Positions 39,688 to 49,213 of a DNA stretch of 64,000 bases are shown piece after piece (within the stretch, counting starts at the first letter, position 1; each line of letters opens with the position of its first letter). The notes under the pieces are model-generated. The model worked only from the letters and a program-made list of their open reading frames with translations. It searched no databases and had not been told where the DNA came from. Both the position numbers and the translations under genes were made by a program. Location: the NCBI GenBank assembly GCA_044229975.1, contig JBGARZ010000011.1, forward strand, positions 160,001 through 224,000, read 5' to 3'. The DNA is from Polyangiales bacterium (GTDB lineage: Bacteria > Myxococcota_A > Polyangia > Polyangiales > Ga0077539).

Positions 39688-41265
39688 TCAGTCGACGCGC
39701 CTGCGCTGACCGTTGCCCGCGCCGGCCAGACGAAACTCATCCTGGCTCCAGATGGGCACCGGTTCGTACGACACCCGCACGCCCGTTGGCGCCACGCTCG
39801 CAGGACGCTCGACGACCGCGACCGGAGGCGGAGCCGCGACCTCCGTGAACACGGGCGTGCTGGCGATGCGCTGCAACCGAGCGAAGCCGCCGTGCTGCTG
39901 CGACGCGAGGCGGGCGAGCGTGTTGCGCTCGGCGCGTGAGGCGGGCATCCCCGCCTGTTCGAGGGTGAGGAGCGTTCCGCGGACGACAGCCAGCGCCGAC
40001 TCGTCGAGCTCCTTCTCGGCGGCGCGGTGGGCCATCGCCAGGATGAAGTCCGCGCGAAACGCCGCGCCCGTCGTGCGATCGCGCAGCAGCCCCAGCACCA
40101 CCTCGCTCGCGGAGACGCCGCCCGCCGCGTCGAGATCGTCCTCCAGCGACGCTTCGGCGCCGCGCTCGGAGAGGTCGTCGACCTCCATTTCGCTCCGCAG
40201 CCGCTGCACCAGCGCCTCCACGCTACGGGACTCCCGCGAGCGCTCCTCCTGACGCTTCGCCTCGACGCGCACCGCCTGCGCGATCACCCGTTCGACCCGC
40301 TCGCGCGCGAGCCACGGGTGCGACGACACCGCGCTCCCCACCCAGCGCGGCCACGCCGACGTGGCGCTCGACCACCCGCGATCGAGCTTGCGCGACAGGT
40401 GCCACGCCATCCACTCGGCGACGCGCGCGAGCAGCCCCGTCACGGCGACACCCGCCACCGACGCCACGAGCACCGGCGCCAGCCACAACACCAGGTAGAT
40501 CAGCTGCCAGATCGCGGCGCCGAAGCCACCGCCGATGCCCGACGCGACGATGAGCCCGGCCGCGCCGACGAGTGTCCCGGCGCCCGCGACCTTGCGCGCC
40601 AAGGCCGCCGTGACCGCGCCGCGCGACTCGACGAGGCGCGGGCGCGGGCGTTCTTCCCGGCGCTCGTAGCGTCGGCTGGCGAGGGCGTCGCCGATCCACC
40701 AGGACAGGAGCCACGCGACCGCGAGCGAGGCCACGCCGGCCGAGAGCAGGTGCGACACCGCGCGGCCGGCGAGAAAGCCGTCCGCCAGCCAACCATGGAA
40801 GGGCTCCGGGAGCGCGCTGTACCCGTAGGCCCAGAGCGACGCCGCGAAGACCATCGCTGCGGCCAGACCGACGTTGACCGCGGCCATGACCGCGGGCGCA
40901 CAGAGCGGCGACGCAGTGACGCGGCGGATCACCTCGGCGCCCTGACTGACCCGACGGCGCGGCAGTGACTCGCGGGGACAGACGACCTCCAGCGCGAGCG
41001 CGAGCTCACCCGCCGCGTGGGTGAGAGCGGGGCGTTGGAGCGACGCGACGCGCAGCGTGTGGAGGCTCTCACGGAGAGGGAGGCTCCCGGCCAGCCAGCG
41101 GAGTTCGCGCAGCGATGATGCGGCGAGCAGCTCGCGCTGAAGAACGGCGAGCGCGTCCTCCACCACGCCGATGTGCCCGGCGTCCAGGAGCACCCGATGG
41201 GAGACGATCACCTCCGCGGCAGCCTGCATCCGGCGGTGTTCGCGCCGTACGTGCCCTCTGCTCAT
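39688..41265 (-). CDS. Membrane hypothetical protein
   Basis: About 4 TM helices plus a helical cytoplasmic C-terminus. Confidence 0.7.
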   Translation of the reverse strand: MSRGHVRREHRRMQAAAEVIVSHRVLLDAGHIGVVEDALAVLQRELLAASSLRELRWLAGSLPLRESLHTLRVASLQRPALTHAAGELALALEVVCPRESLPRRRVSQGAEVIRRVTASPLCAPAVMAAVNVGLAAAMVFAASLWAYGYSALPEPFHGWLADGFLAGRAVSHLLSAGVASLAVAWLLSWWIGDALASRRYERREERPRPRLVESRGAVTAALARKVAGAGTLVGAAGLIVASGIGGGFGAAIWQLIYLVLWLAPVLVASVAGVAVTGLLARVAEWMAWHLSRKLDRGWSSATSAWPRWVGSAVSSHPWLARERVERVIAQAVRVEAKRQEERSRESRSVEALVQRLRSEMEVDDLSERGAEASLEDDLDAAGGVSASEVVLGLLRDRTTGAAFRADFILAMAHRAAEKELDESALAVVRGTLLTLEQAGMPASRAERNTLARLASQQHGGFARLQRIASTPVFTEVAAPPPVAVVERPASVAPTGVRVSYEPVPIWSQDEFRLAGAGNGQRRRVD

Positions 41266-41400
41266 GCGTCGACTCTCTTCCTGCCGTCCCCCACGGGGCG
41301 GCCCACGGATGCAAGCTCATCCGCGGCGCCGCGCAAGGAACGACCGGAGAGCCTACGCCGCCCGTCGCCAGGTCCTCTTCACGGGAGAGTGGAAGGGCTG

Positions 41401-41538
41401 CGGCAGATCCAGCCGCAAGGGCGCCAGGGTCGCAAGGATCAGAGGAGAGGAGAGGATGAGCAAGGAGACGAGAGGAAGGTCTGTGGCCCAACACCTCTGA
41501 CCCTTGCGACCCTTGCGTCCTGGCGGCCAGATCCGCCG
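41401..41538. repeat. REPIN-like element, CGCAAGG family copy 2
   Basis: Imperfect ~45-bp IR at 41401-41445 and 41494-41538 with the same cgcaagggtcgcaagg core. Confidence 0.85.
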
Positions 41539-41566
41539 TAGCCCCTTTCCCCCCAGTGGCGAGGTG

Positions 41567-43006
41567 CTACTCCGCCAGCGCCGAGCGCACCACCGCCGCC
41601 GCCGCCGCGCGCGGCAACCGCTCGGCCACCAGCACACGCCGCCCGACGCGCGCCACCAGCGACACCCGCCCGTCGCCCACGTCCCTCGCCGCCTGCGCGC
41701 CCGCCACCGTCGCCGCCGGTCGCGCCCCGTGCCGCCGACCGAGCACCGCCGCGGCCGCCTCGGCGAACTCCACCGCCTCGCGATCGGCCGCCACACCCCG
41801 CGCGCCCGCGACCGGGTCCATCACCACCGTCCAGAGCATCACGTCGCGCGCGAAGGTGTCGGCCGCCAGCGTCACGCCCGCGTCGCCCGTCGGCGTCATC
41901 GCGCCGCGCGGAACCAACAGCACCGCCCGGTCGCCGCCCCACCCCGCAGCCGCCGCGTGCGCCCGCTCGTCGGTGACGCCGTTGTAGAAATACAGCCGCG
42001 ACCCGAGCTCCCCCATCACGTCGTGATACCCGACCTCGTATTCGCCCGCGAGCGCCGGCGGAACCCTCACCGCCACCGCCACCGGCGCCTCGCGCGCGCT
42101 CAGCTTCTCGGCGTGCAGCACCTGCTCCGTCGAGTCCGGCGGGTGCGCCAGCAGCGCGTCGACCCGGCTGTACCCCTCGCCCGCCTGCAGCGCGCGCACG
42201 CACATCCCGAGGCCCGACAGGTACGGGAAGAGCAACGTCTCCCGCAGCGACCGCGGCGCCTCGCGCAGCCGCTGCTGATCAGCGCCTTGTAGCTGGCTCG
42301 CGACCATGGTCACCACGTCGGGCATGTCTCGCGCGCGACGACCCGCGGGTTGCAGCGCGTAGTCGAGCATCGCCGCCGTCGCGTCGCCCTCGATCACCGC
42401 CATGGCCGCCATCTGCGCGTCGCCGCGTCCGCGGACGTGGTGCGTGTACTGCCCGATGTGGAAGTGCTGGTCTTGCAGCGCGTGGGTGATCTCGTGCGCC
42501 ATGGTGACGGGCTGCGCCGCCAGCGGCAGCCACTCGGCGATGTAGAGCGTCTGCTCGTCGGGGTCGTAGAAGCCCGCGACCTGCTCCTCCAGCAGCTCGA
42601 ACATCGTGCGCTCGTAGTCCATCCCCTCGGGCAGCAACCCGAGGCGCTTGTTGAGCTGACCCTCCAGCGCGATCTCCCCGGGCGGATACTCCCGCGCGGT
42701 CTTCTCACGCATCCGCGCCACGATGGCGTCGCGGCTCATCACCCCGCGCCGCACCTCGCGCTCCACGCTCAGGCCCCGCAGGCGCGCCATGGTCTGGGCC
42801 GTCTCGGTCGCGAGCTCCATCAACCGCGTGGCCTGCGCCGACGGCGCGTCTCCCGTCGCCACGTCCGCGACCTGTGCGGTAGCGCCCGCGTCGACGTGGA
42901 CGTCCTCGACGGGCGCGGTGACGGTGGGCGGCGACGGGTGCTGCCGACAGCTCATCAGCCCGAGCGCCAGCAGCGCGATCACCCCGCGAAACGTTGGTCT
43001 TGCCAT
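41567..43006 (-). CDS. Zinc metallopeptidase lipoprotein (HExxH)
   Basis: LMSC lipobox; VAGFYDP, AHEITHALQDQ, EGDAT, FPYLSG, PPDSTEQVLH, GWGGDR. Confidence 0.88.
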   Translation of the reverse strand: MARPTFRGVIALLALGLMSCRQHPSPPTVTAPVEDVHVDAGATAQVADVATGDAPSAQATRLMELATETAQTMARLRGLSVEREVRRGVMSRDAIVARMREKTAREYPPGEIALEGQLNKRLGLLPEGMDYERTMFELLEEQVAGFYDPDEQTLYIAEWLPLAAQPVTMAHEITHALQDQHFHIGQYTHHVRGRGDAQMAAMAVIEGDATAAMLDYALQPAGRRARDMPDVVTMVASQLQGADQQRLREAPRSLRETLLFPYLSGLGMCVRALQAGEGYSRVDALLAHPPDSTEQVLHAEKLSAREAPVAVAVRVPPALAGEYEVGYHDVMGELGSRLYFYNGVTDERAHAAAAGWGGDRAVLLVPRGAMTPTGDAGVTLAADTFARDVMLWTVVMDPVAGARGVAADREAVEFAEAAAAVLGRRHGARPAATVAGAQAARDVGDGRVSLVARVGRRVLVAERLPRAAAAAVVRSALAE

Positions 43007-43093
43007 GGAGCGCCGCACACTACGTAGCTCCCTCCCCGCTCGCCACTTCTCCCGACGGGCGAAACAACCTCTGGTAGCGTTCGCGGCAATCCC

Positions 43094-44494
43094 ATGAGCG
43101 ACGCCATCGACCGCAAGCGCCGACGCCCCCGCGCGCCCACCACGGCCCTCGACCTCAGCCTCGACGCCCTCGCGCGCAACGACCCCGACCAGTGCCTCCG
43201 CATCGCCATCCCGGTGCTCGACGACTACGGCGCCGGGGCGCCCGCCATCGACGTCATCGGCCGCGCCGCCGTGGCCATCGGCTCCATGGGCCTCGCGCGA
43301 CTCGCCTTCGAGACGGCAGCCCGCGCCCTCGCCGTGCAGGGCCTCGCCGCCCACGCCGTCGCCGCCGCCATCGCCGTGAAGCGCCTCACCTCGCGGGGCG
43401 ATCTGCTCACCGAGCTCGCGGGGGTGTTTGGTGCTCATGCCGTGCGCAACCGCGACGTGTCGGTGCTGCCGCCTCCGCTCGCGAGCGAGCGCGTCGTCGA
43501 GCTCGGCGACCTGCCGCGCGCGGAGCTCATCGCCCTCGCACAGAAGAAGATCGAGGCGCTCAAGGCAGGTCTGCCCGAGAAGCTCCCGGCGCGCGCGCGG
43601 CTGCCGCTGTGGGGGTCGCTCCCGCGTGGTGCCTTCGAGCGGCTGGCGCAGGCGATGGAGGTGCGGGTGTTCGCCACGGCGCACGAGGCCATCCGCGAGG
43701 GCGACCGCGGCGGCAGCCTCTTCGTGGTGGCGCGCGGCGAGGTGCGCATCGCCCGCCACGACGCGACACCGCGCGAGGACGACGTGGAGGTCGACGAGCC
43801 GACGCCGCGGGAGTCGATGCCCGCGGAGCTGCCCGACGACCTGGAAGAGCTGGCGGTGCTGGGGGCCGAGGCGGTGTTCGGCGAGATGGCGCTGCTGACG
43901 GAGGCGCCGCGCGCGGCGAGCGTTCATACGACGCGGGCGTCCATCGTGCTGGAGGCGCCGCCCGCGGCGCTGGCGCAGGCGGTGAAGGAGGTTCCGGCGC
44001 TGGGGCAGGAGCTGCTGGCGTTCAGCCGACAGCGGCTGGTGCAGAACCTCCTGCGGACGGCGCCGTTGCTGCGGGAGATTCCGCCGAGCGAGCGGGCCGC
44101 GCTGGCGGGTGCTTTCGAGACGCGGGAGTTCGTGGCGGGGGACGTTCTCTTCGCGCAGGGGAGCGAGTCGACGGGCTTGTTTCTCGTGGCGTCGGGGCGG
44201 GTCGAGGTGCGCGCGACGCAGGACGACGGGAGCGACCTGGTGATGGGCGCCATCGATCCGGGCGGCTGCGTGGGGGAGATCTCGCTGGTGCTGCGGCGGC
44301 CGACCACGGCGACGGTGGTGGCGACCGAGCCGACGACGGCGCTGGTGCTCGCGCCCGCGAACTTCATGGGCATCGTGCGGCAGCACCCCGCGCTGCTGGC
44401 GTCGCTCTACGAGCTGGCGGTGTCGCGCGAGGAGGAGCTGCTACAGGTGACCGCGCAGGCGGCCGAAAACGCGGACGACCTCGTCATGGTGTGA
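43094..44494 (+). CDS. Tandem cyclic-nucleotide-binding domain protein
   Basis: Two cNMP cores: FGEMALL...PRAASV and VGEISLV...PTTATV. Confidence 0.9.
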   Translation: MSDAIDRKRRRPRAPTTALDLSLDALARNDPDQCLRIAIPVLDDYGAGAPAIDVIGRAAVAIGSMGLARLAFETAARALAVQGLAAHAVAAAIAVKRLTSRGDLLTELAGVFGAHAVRNRDVSVLPPPLASERVVELGDLPRAELIALAQKKIEALKAGLPEKLPARARLPLWGSLPRGAFERLAQAMEVRVFATAHEAIREGDRGGSLFVVARGEVRIARHDATPREDDVEVDEPTPRESMPAELPDDLEELAVLGAEAVFGEMALLTEAPRAASVHTTRASIVLEAPPAALAQAVKEVPALGQELLAFSRQRLVQNLLRTAPLLREIPPSERAALAGAFETREFVAGDVLFAQGSESTGLFLVASGRVEVRATQDDGSDLVMGAIDPGGCVGEISLVLRRPTTATVVATEPTTALVLAPANFMGIVRQHPALLASLYELAVSREEELLQVTAQAAENADDLVMV

Positions 44495-44506
44495 GCGGAG
44501 ACGGCC

Positions 44507-45892
44507 ATGTACCTACGACGGCTGCGCGTCCAGCGCATGAAGCTCCTCCGCGACGTGGAGCTCGACTTTACGGACACCGATGGGACGTCGATCCGAAATT
44601 GGACCGTCATCATCGGAAAGAACGGCACGGGCAAGAGCTCGCTGCTCCAGGCCATTGCCCTCGCATCTGCGGGGAGCCTCCAGGTGAACACGCTCGCGGG
44701 ACGCACGGTCGGGCACCTCCGCGATCGGCGCTCGGAAGATCCGTTGAAGATCGAGGCGGACTTCGAGTTCAACGACGGAGAGTGTGCTTCAGCACTTCAC
44801 CCTACTCTCACGGGAACCATTCGGCAGCCGCTAAGAATCCACTCTTCTGCGACGCTTGGTGTTGGCGAGACCACCATTCGCGCGAGCTCCGCGTATCAAC
44901 CATCAGAGGTCTCCTCGCCCGAGCTCGATCCTCTCGACACCGCACGCTCACGCAATACGCCGCACTGGTTCGTCGCAGGGTACGGAGTGGCGCGTTTCCT
45001 CCCTGACATCGGCCGCGCCGTTCCACTCGATCGCCCCTCCATCGAGCGACTGCAACCGCTCTTCGATCCCACCACGGCGCTCACTAGCACCAACTTCTCC
45101 AGCTACTTCGGTGAGGATGAGCAGAAGGCGAGGATGTTTCACCTCGTCCTCAAGCACGCCATGCTCAACGTCGATTCGCTCCTCCCAGACATCTCTGACC
45201 TCGAACTGCGAGGATCAGGTGGCGTGAAGAAGCCAGGTGACCTGCTGGAGCGAGACCGGTTCTGGCAGAAGGTAGGCAGCACAGAACTCAAGATACCCGG
45301 CCTCGCACTTGCACATGGATACCAGTCCTCCATCGCGTGGCTGGCCGATCTAGTTGGACACGTCTTGCTAGAAGCCGACGGTCAGGTCGAGCCAGACCGC
45401 ATGGAAGGCCTGGTACTCGTTGACGAGATCGACCTCTATCTCCACCCGGTCTGGCAGGCGACGCTCATTCCCGCGCTGCGCAAGACCTTCCCTCAGATGC
45501 AGTTCGTCGTCACGACCCACTCTCCCGTGGTGCTTTCTGGGGTGGCGCCACACGAGATCATCCGCCTTGCATCCTATGGGGACGATGGAGACGTCGTCGA
45601 GGTCGTGCATCACCCCGAGACCGGTGACGTGGTGCCCGCCGCCGAGATGCATGGGAATGGCATTCGCCCAGATGCGCGGATGATGACCGGAAGCGAGATC
45701 TTCCGCGAACACTTCGAACTGCCGGACCCGATGCCCAACCCGATGGGCGACGAGCTCCGGCGATACGCCATGTTCGCTGCTGATCCGTTTCGCACCGATG
45801 CGGAGCATCAGACGATGTTGTCCCTCCGGGATGAGCTCAAGAAGAAGGAGATCACTGAACTCCCAGTCCCCAGGCGACGGAAGAAGTCGTGA
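44507..45892 (+). CDS. ABC-type (AAA_21/PtuA-like) ATPase
   Basis: Walker A GKNGTGKS, signature LAHGYQS, Walker B LVDEIDLYLHP, TTHSP; codon usage atypical for the window. Confidence 0.9.
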   Translation: MYLRRLRVQRMKLLRDVELDFTDTDGTSIRNWTVIIGKNGTGKSSLLQAIALASAGSLQVNTLAGRTVGHLRDRRSEDPLKIEADFEFNDGECASALHPTLTGTIRQPLRIHSSATLGVGETTIRASSAYQPSEVSSPELDPLDTARSRNTPHWFVAGYGVARFLPDIGRAVPLDRPSIERLQPLFDPTTALTSTNFSSYFGEDEQKARMFHLVLKHAMLNVDSLLPDISDLELRGSGGVKKPGDLLERDRFWQKVGSTELKIPGLALAHGYQSSIAWLADLVGHVLLEADGQVEPDRMEGLVLVDEIDLYLHPVWQATLIPALRKTFPQMQFVVTTHSPVVLSGVAPHEIIRLASYGDDGDVVEVVHHPETGDVVPAAEMHGNGIRPDARMMTGSEIFREHFELPDPMPNPMGDELRRYAMFAADPFRTDAEHQTMLSLRDELKKKEITELPVPRRRKKS

Positions 45893-46755
45893 TCCGCGTC
45901 GTCCGTCCCGCTTCGGTTCCGAAGAAGCTACAGACGCAGCGAGCGGCTGGGCTGAAGCGCGCGTTCAAGGCACTCAACGCTCACGGCGAGGTCTCCAAAG
46001 AACTGAAAGAGCAGCTCAAGCCATACGATGGCGGCAAGGAGACCCTGTTCCTGATGCAGCACCGCAAGTGCGCCTATTGCGACCGCCGTGCTGGGCTCGA
46101 AGGCAATCACGTCGAGCACTTCCGCCCGAAGCGCGAAGCCTGTCGTCACCTGCCGGGCGACAAGCCCCCCATCGTCGACGCCGTGGGCTACTGGTGGCTG
46201 ACCTGGACGTGGTCGAACCACCTGTTCGTCTGCGCTTCCTGCAACACAGGCTTCAAGCAGAACCACTTCCCGCTCGCTGCCGGTTCGCCGTCCCTCTCCG
46301 GCCCGAAGTCGCCGTATCCGCACACGGACCTCCAGCCGCAACACGAGAACGTCGCCATCGAGTCTGCACTCCTCGTCGACCCCGCCACCGAGGACCCACT
46401 CGATCACATCGAGTGGCGCCTCGTGAACCCGACCGAGCCGCGGACTCTCTGGAAATGGAACCCCGCCGGGCTCACGCCGCGTGGCGAAGCGACCATCAGG
46501 GTGCTTGGTCTCGTCAGTCTCGCCTACGACGTCGGCGCCCATGTTCGTGACCATCTGATAGCTCGCACGACCGAGATCTGCGACCTCATCGACGGCGGTC
46601 AGCACACCACTGCGCACCAACGCTGGCTCGCGCTCGGCAAGGACGTCGCGAGCTCCCACTGCGCCCTCGCGGGCCCCACCTGGAACGCCCTCCACGTCCT
46701 CGTCGACGCGCCCCGTCGTGCGGCAGCCTCACTGCCCGACCTGCCCCGCCCCTGA
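45889..46755 (+). CDS. HNH endonuclease (PtuB/TIGR02646-like)
   Basis: GTGA overlap; KCAYCD, VEHFRPK, YWWLTWTWSN...CASCN, LLVDPATEDP. Confidence 0.88.
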   Translation: MIRVVRPASVPKKLQTQRAAGLKRAFKALNAHGEVSKELKEQLKPYDGGKETLFLMQHRKCAYCDRRAGLEGNHVEHFRPKREACRHLPGDKPPIVDAVGYWWLTWTWSNHLFVCASCNTGFKQNHFPLAAGSPSLSGPKSPYPHTDLQPQHENVAIESALLVDPATEDPLDHIEWRLVNPTEPRTLWKWNPAGLTPRGEATIRVLGLVSLAYDVGAHVRDHLIARTTEICDLIDGGQHTTAHQRWLALGKDVASSHCALAGPTWNALHVLVDAPRRAAASLPDLPRP

Positions 46756-46760
46756 AACCC

Positions 46761-46800
46761 GCCTACCGCTTCGCCTACCGCTTCGCCCGCCGCTTCGCCC
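46761..46800 (+). repeat. 12-bp tandem repeat (about 3.3 copies) spanning the vWA-like gene stop
   Basis: gcctaccgcttc gcctaccgcttc gcccgccgcttc gccc. Confidence 0.8.
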
Positions 46801-48211
46801 GTCGCGTCAGCATCGTCAGCAGCCGATCGGCCAGCCCCCTCAGCGCCGGCGCGCCCGCCGCCACCTCGATGTGCTCGTCGCCCAGCGTCCACTGCTCCCC
46901 GTCGACGCGCACCCACGCCGCGCGCTCGACGGCGTCGTCCTCCGCGAGCGGCGAGCACACCACCCGACCCGCCGTCGGAACCTCCTCCCACGTCCGCGCC
47001 ACCTGCAACACCACCCGCCGGTGCGCCACCTCCGCGGCCAGCGGCAGCGAGAGCAGCGCCCGCTCCTCCTCGGCGACCTCCGCGTCACTCGGGCGCTCCA
47101 CCAGCCACACCACGGCGCACCGCGACCCCGTCGGACCAAACACCCGCAGCAGGTCACCCTGCAACGCCAGCGCGAGCGCCTCGGTGAGCACCAGCGTCTG
47201 CGCCGGCAGCGTCGGGTGCTTGTGCCGCTGCTCCGACGGGCGGTGCAACACCACCGTGAGGTCGCGCCGCGCGTCGAGCAGGGGCGACTCGTCGCGGGTG
47301 TAGAAGAGCAGCTCGTTTTCCGCGAAGCGGACGTCGAACAGGTCGACCCCGCCGCGCTCGGTGCTCCCCTCGCCCACGTAGGCCACCTCGCTGCGAACGA
47401 GGTTCTCGAACGCACCGCGCGTGCTGATCGCGTCGAAGCCGCCCGCCGGGTACTGGTCGCTCTCCTCCGCCTCGATGGGCACCTCCCTCGCCTTGTGCCG
47501 CAGCGACAGCGCGACGGAGGGAGACACCGCACCGATGCGCGACGTGAGCCCGAGGATGGTCCGCAGCGCCAGGCGCGCGCTCTCGCTCGGAAGCTCCGGG
47601 AGGTGCGCGATCTCCCAGAGGTCTTCGGGGCGGAAGAGCCTCCCCGGCGGCAGCGCCTTCACGCACGCCGCGTGCTGCGCGTCGGCCCACTCGCGCCACT
47701 CGTCGCTTACCCGCTCGTGTAACGTCTCCGGGTCGTCGAGCAGGGCGGGGCTGAGCTCGTTGCTCCACGCGCGCAGGTGCGCCGGGTTGCCGCGGGCGAC
47801 GTCCTCGGCGGCGAGCAGCGGCCCAGAGAGCGCGAGCCCGACGGCGTGGGCGACGGCGGCGTCGCGGCGCAGGGCGGGCATGCCCGCGATGGCCACGTGG
47901 GCGTCGAGCACCGTCGGGTCGATGGCCCAGCGGCCGAGCACGCGGTCTTCGTAGGCGAGCCGCGCGGCGCGGGTGGCGTCCGACCAGCGACCCAGCGAGC
48001 GCGTCGAGGCGAAGCGAAACTCCCGACCGCGCAAGAGCAGCAACCCCAGGTCGTGGACGAGGTGCAGCGGCAGGTGGTCATCGCCCGCGCCCCAGCGCAC
48101 GAGCAGCCAGCGCACCGAAGCAGGGAGCGTCTCGGCGAGGGGGTCGGCGCAGCCCACGCGGTCGATCCACGCGAGCAATGCGGAGGGGAGCTGCGAGCGC
48201 TGGAGGTGCAT
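46775..48211 (-). CDS. Ternary conflict-system vWA-like component (FtsH/MoxR-vWA ternary type)
   Basis: YPAGGFDAISTRGAFENLVRSE...DLFDVRFAENELLFYTRDE resembles the conserved block preceding the vWA domain in these systems (recognised from memory). Confidence 0.6.
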   Translation of the reverse strand: MHLQRSQLPSALLAWIDRVGCADPLAETLPASVRWLLVRWGAGDDHLPLHLVHDLGLLLLRGREFRFASTRSLGRWSDATRAARLAYEDRVLGRWAIDPTVLDAHVAIAGMPALRRDAAVAHAVGLALSGPLLAAEDVARGNPAHLRAWSNELSPALLDDPETLHERVSDEWREWADAQHAACVKALPPGRLFRPEDLWEIAHLPELPSESARLALRTILGLTSRIGAVSPSVALSLRHKAREVPIEAEESDQYPAGGFDAISTRGAFENLVRSEVAYVGEGSTERGGVDLFDVRFAENELLFYTRDESPLLDARRDLTVVLHRPSEQRHKHPTLPAQTLVLTEALALALQGDLLRVFGPTGSRCAVVWLVERPSDAEVAEEERALLSLPLAAEVAHRRVVLQVARTWEEVPTAGRVVCSPLAEDDAVERAAWVRVDGEQWTLGDEHIEVAAGAPALRGLADRLLTMLTRRAKRRAKR

Positions 48212-48245
48212 CGCGCGAGGCGGGTCGTACGGTGCGGTCAGCGGG

Positions 48246-48665
48246 TCAGAAGCTCACGCGCGACGCGCCATCGCCGTTGGCGGGGGCGTCGGCGGTGCGG
48301 GCATCGGCGTCGCGGCTGTTGGTGGACCACTGGTAGTACGCGATGGCGCCCTCCCCGAGGGCCTTGAGCGCCGCGCCCGTCAGGATGGCGCTCGCCACGG
48401 TGCCCGCCCACGGGACGAGCCGCGCGGCCCGCGAGGCCGAGCCCAGCGCGAACTCCCCGGCGCCCAGCACGGCAGCGGCGGCTGCCTGCTCGACCGGCGA
48501 GGTGTCGGCCCCGTAGGCCTCCTGCACGTCCTTGATGACCTTCATCCCCAGCGCCGCCACCGCGGGGGCGGCGAAGCGAAACGGCAGCAGCCCGAGGCCG
48601 GCGCCGATCATCGCGGACTGGTTCACCTTCTTGCGGCTGTCTTCACGTCGTCCCACGGGCGTCAT
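48246..48665 (-). CDS. Small DUF697-like protein
   Basis: AGLGLLPF...LVPWAGTVASA...KALGEGAIAYY pattern. Confidence 0.65.
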   Translation of the reverse strand: MTPVGRREDSRKKVNQSAMIGAGLGLLPFRFAAPAVAALGMKVIKDVQEAYGADTSPVEQAAAAAVLGAGEFALGSASRAARLVPWAGTVASAILTGAALKALGEGAIAYYQWSTNSRDADARTADAPANGDGASRVSF

Positions 48666-48689
48666 CGAACACCACCGACCCGGTGACGG

Positions 48690-49169
48690 TCAACCCGCGA
48701 CGGCGGCGCGCGCGATGTTGTCGAGGCAGGTCTGCATCGCCTTCTGGAAGTTGCGCGACACCAGGCCCACCAACAGACGACCGCCGAGGCCGTGCTCATG
48801 GATGGTGTACTCCCACGTGACGCGCGCGCCGTCGCCGTCCTCGGCGAAGCGCCACTCGCTCACCATGTTGGAGCAGATGATGCGCTGGAGGAGGTTCATC
48901 TTCGCCATGTCGTAGCGGTGCAGGCGCGGGGCGTCGAAGGCGAGGACGCGCTCCTGGATGGAGGTTCCGTCGGAGAGGGCGACGTCGCGGAGGGTGCCGG
49001 CGAGGGGTGGGTCTTCGCGGCCCACGAGCACCGCCGACCGGATGCCCGGGATGAGCGGCTTGTGACCCGAGAAGAAGCGCGCGAGGTTGCTGGTGCGCCC
49101 GGCGGCGAGCGCAAACACGGCTTCGACGGGGCGGGGGATGCGCACCTCGGCGCGGACGGTGGTGGTCAT
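48690..49169 (-). CDS. SRPBCC (START/polyketide cyclase) family protein
   Basis: VRIPRPVEAVF, GTLRDVALSDG, ERVLAFDAP, GARVTWEY. Confidence 0.88.
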   Translation of the reverse strand: MTTTVRAEVRIPRPVEAVFALAAGRTSNLARFFSGHKPLIPGIRSAVLVGREDPPLAGTLRDVALSDGTSIQERVLAFDAPRLHRYDMAKMNLLQRIICSNMVSEWRFAEDGDGARVTWEYTIHEHGLGGRLLVGLVSRNFQKAMQTCLDNIARAAVAG

Positions 49170-49213
49170 TGGAGGGTTGGCGCCGGAGTGTAGACGAAGT
49201 CCGGCGCGGCGGG

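Noticed and set aside
44495..46775. Retron (Ec78-like) system
   Set aside because: No RT gene and no intergenic space for msr-msd next to the ATPase/HNH pair.
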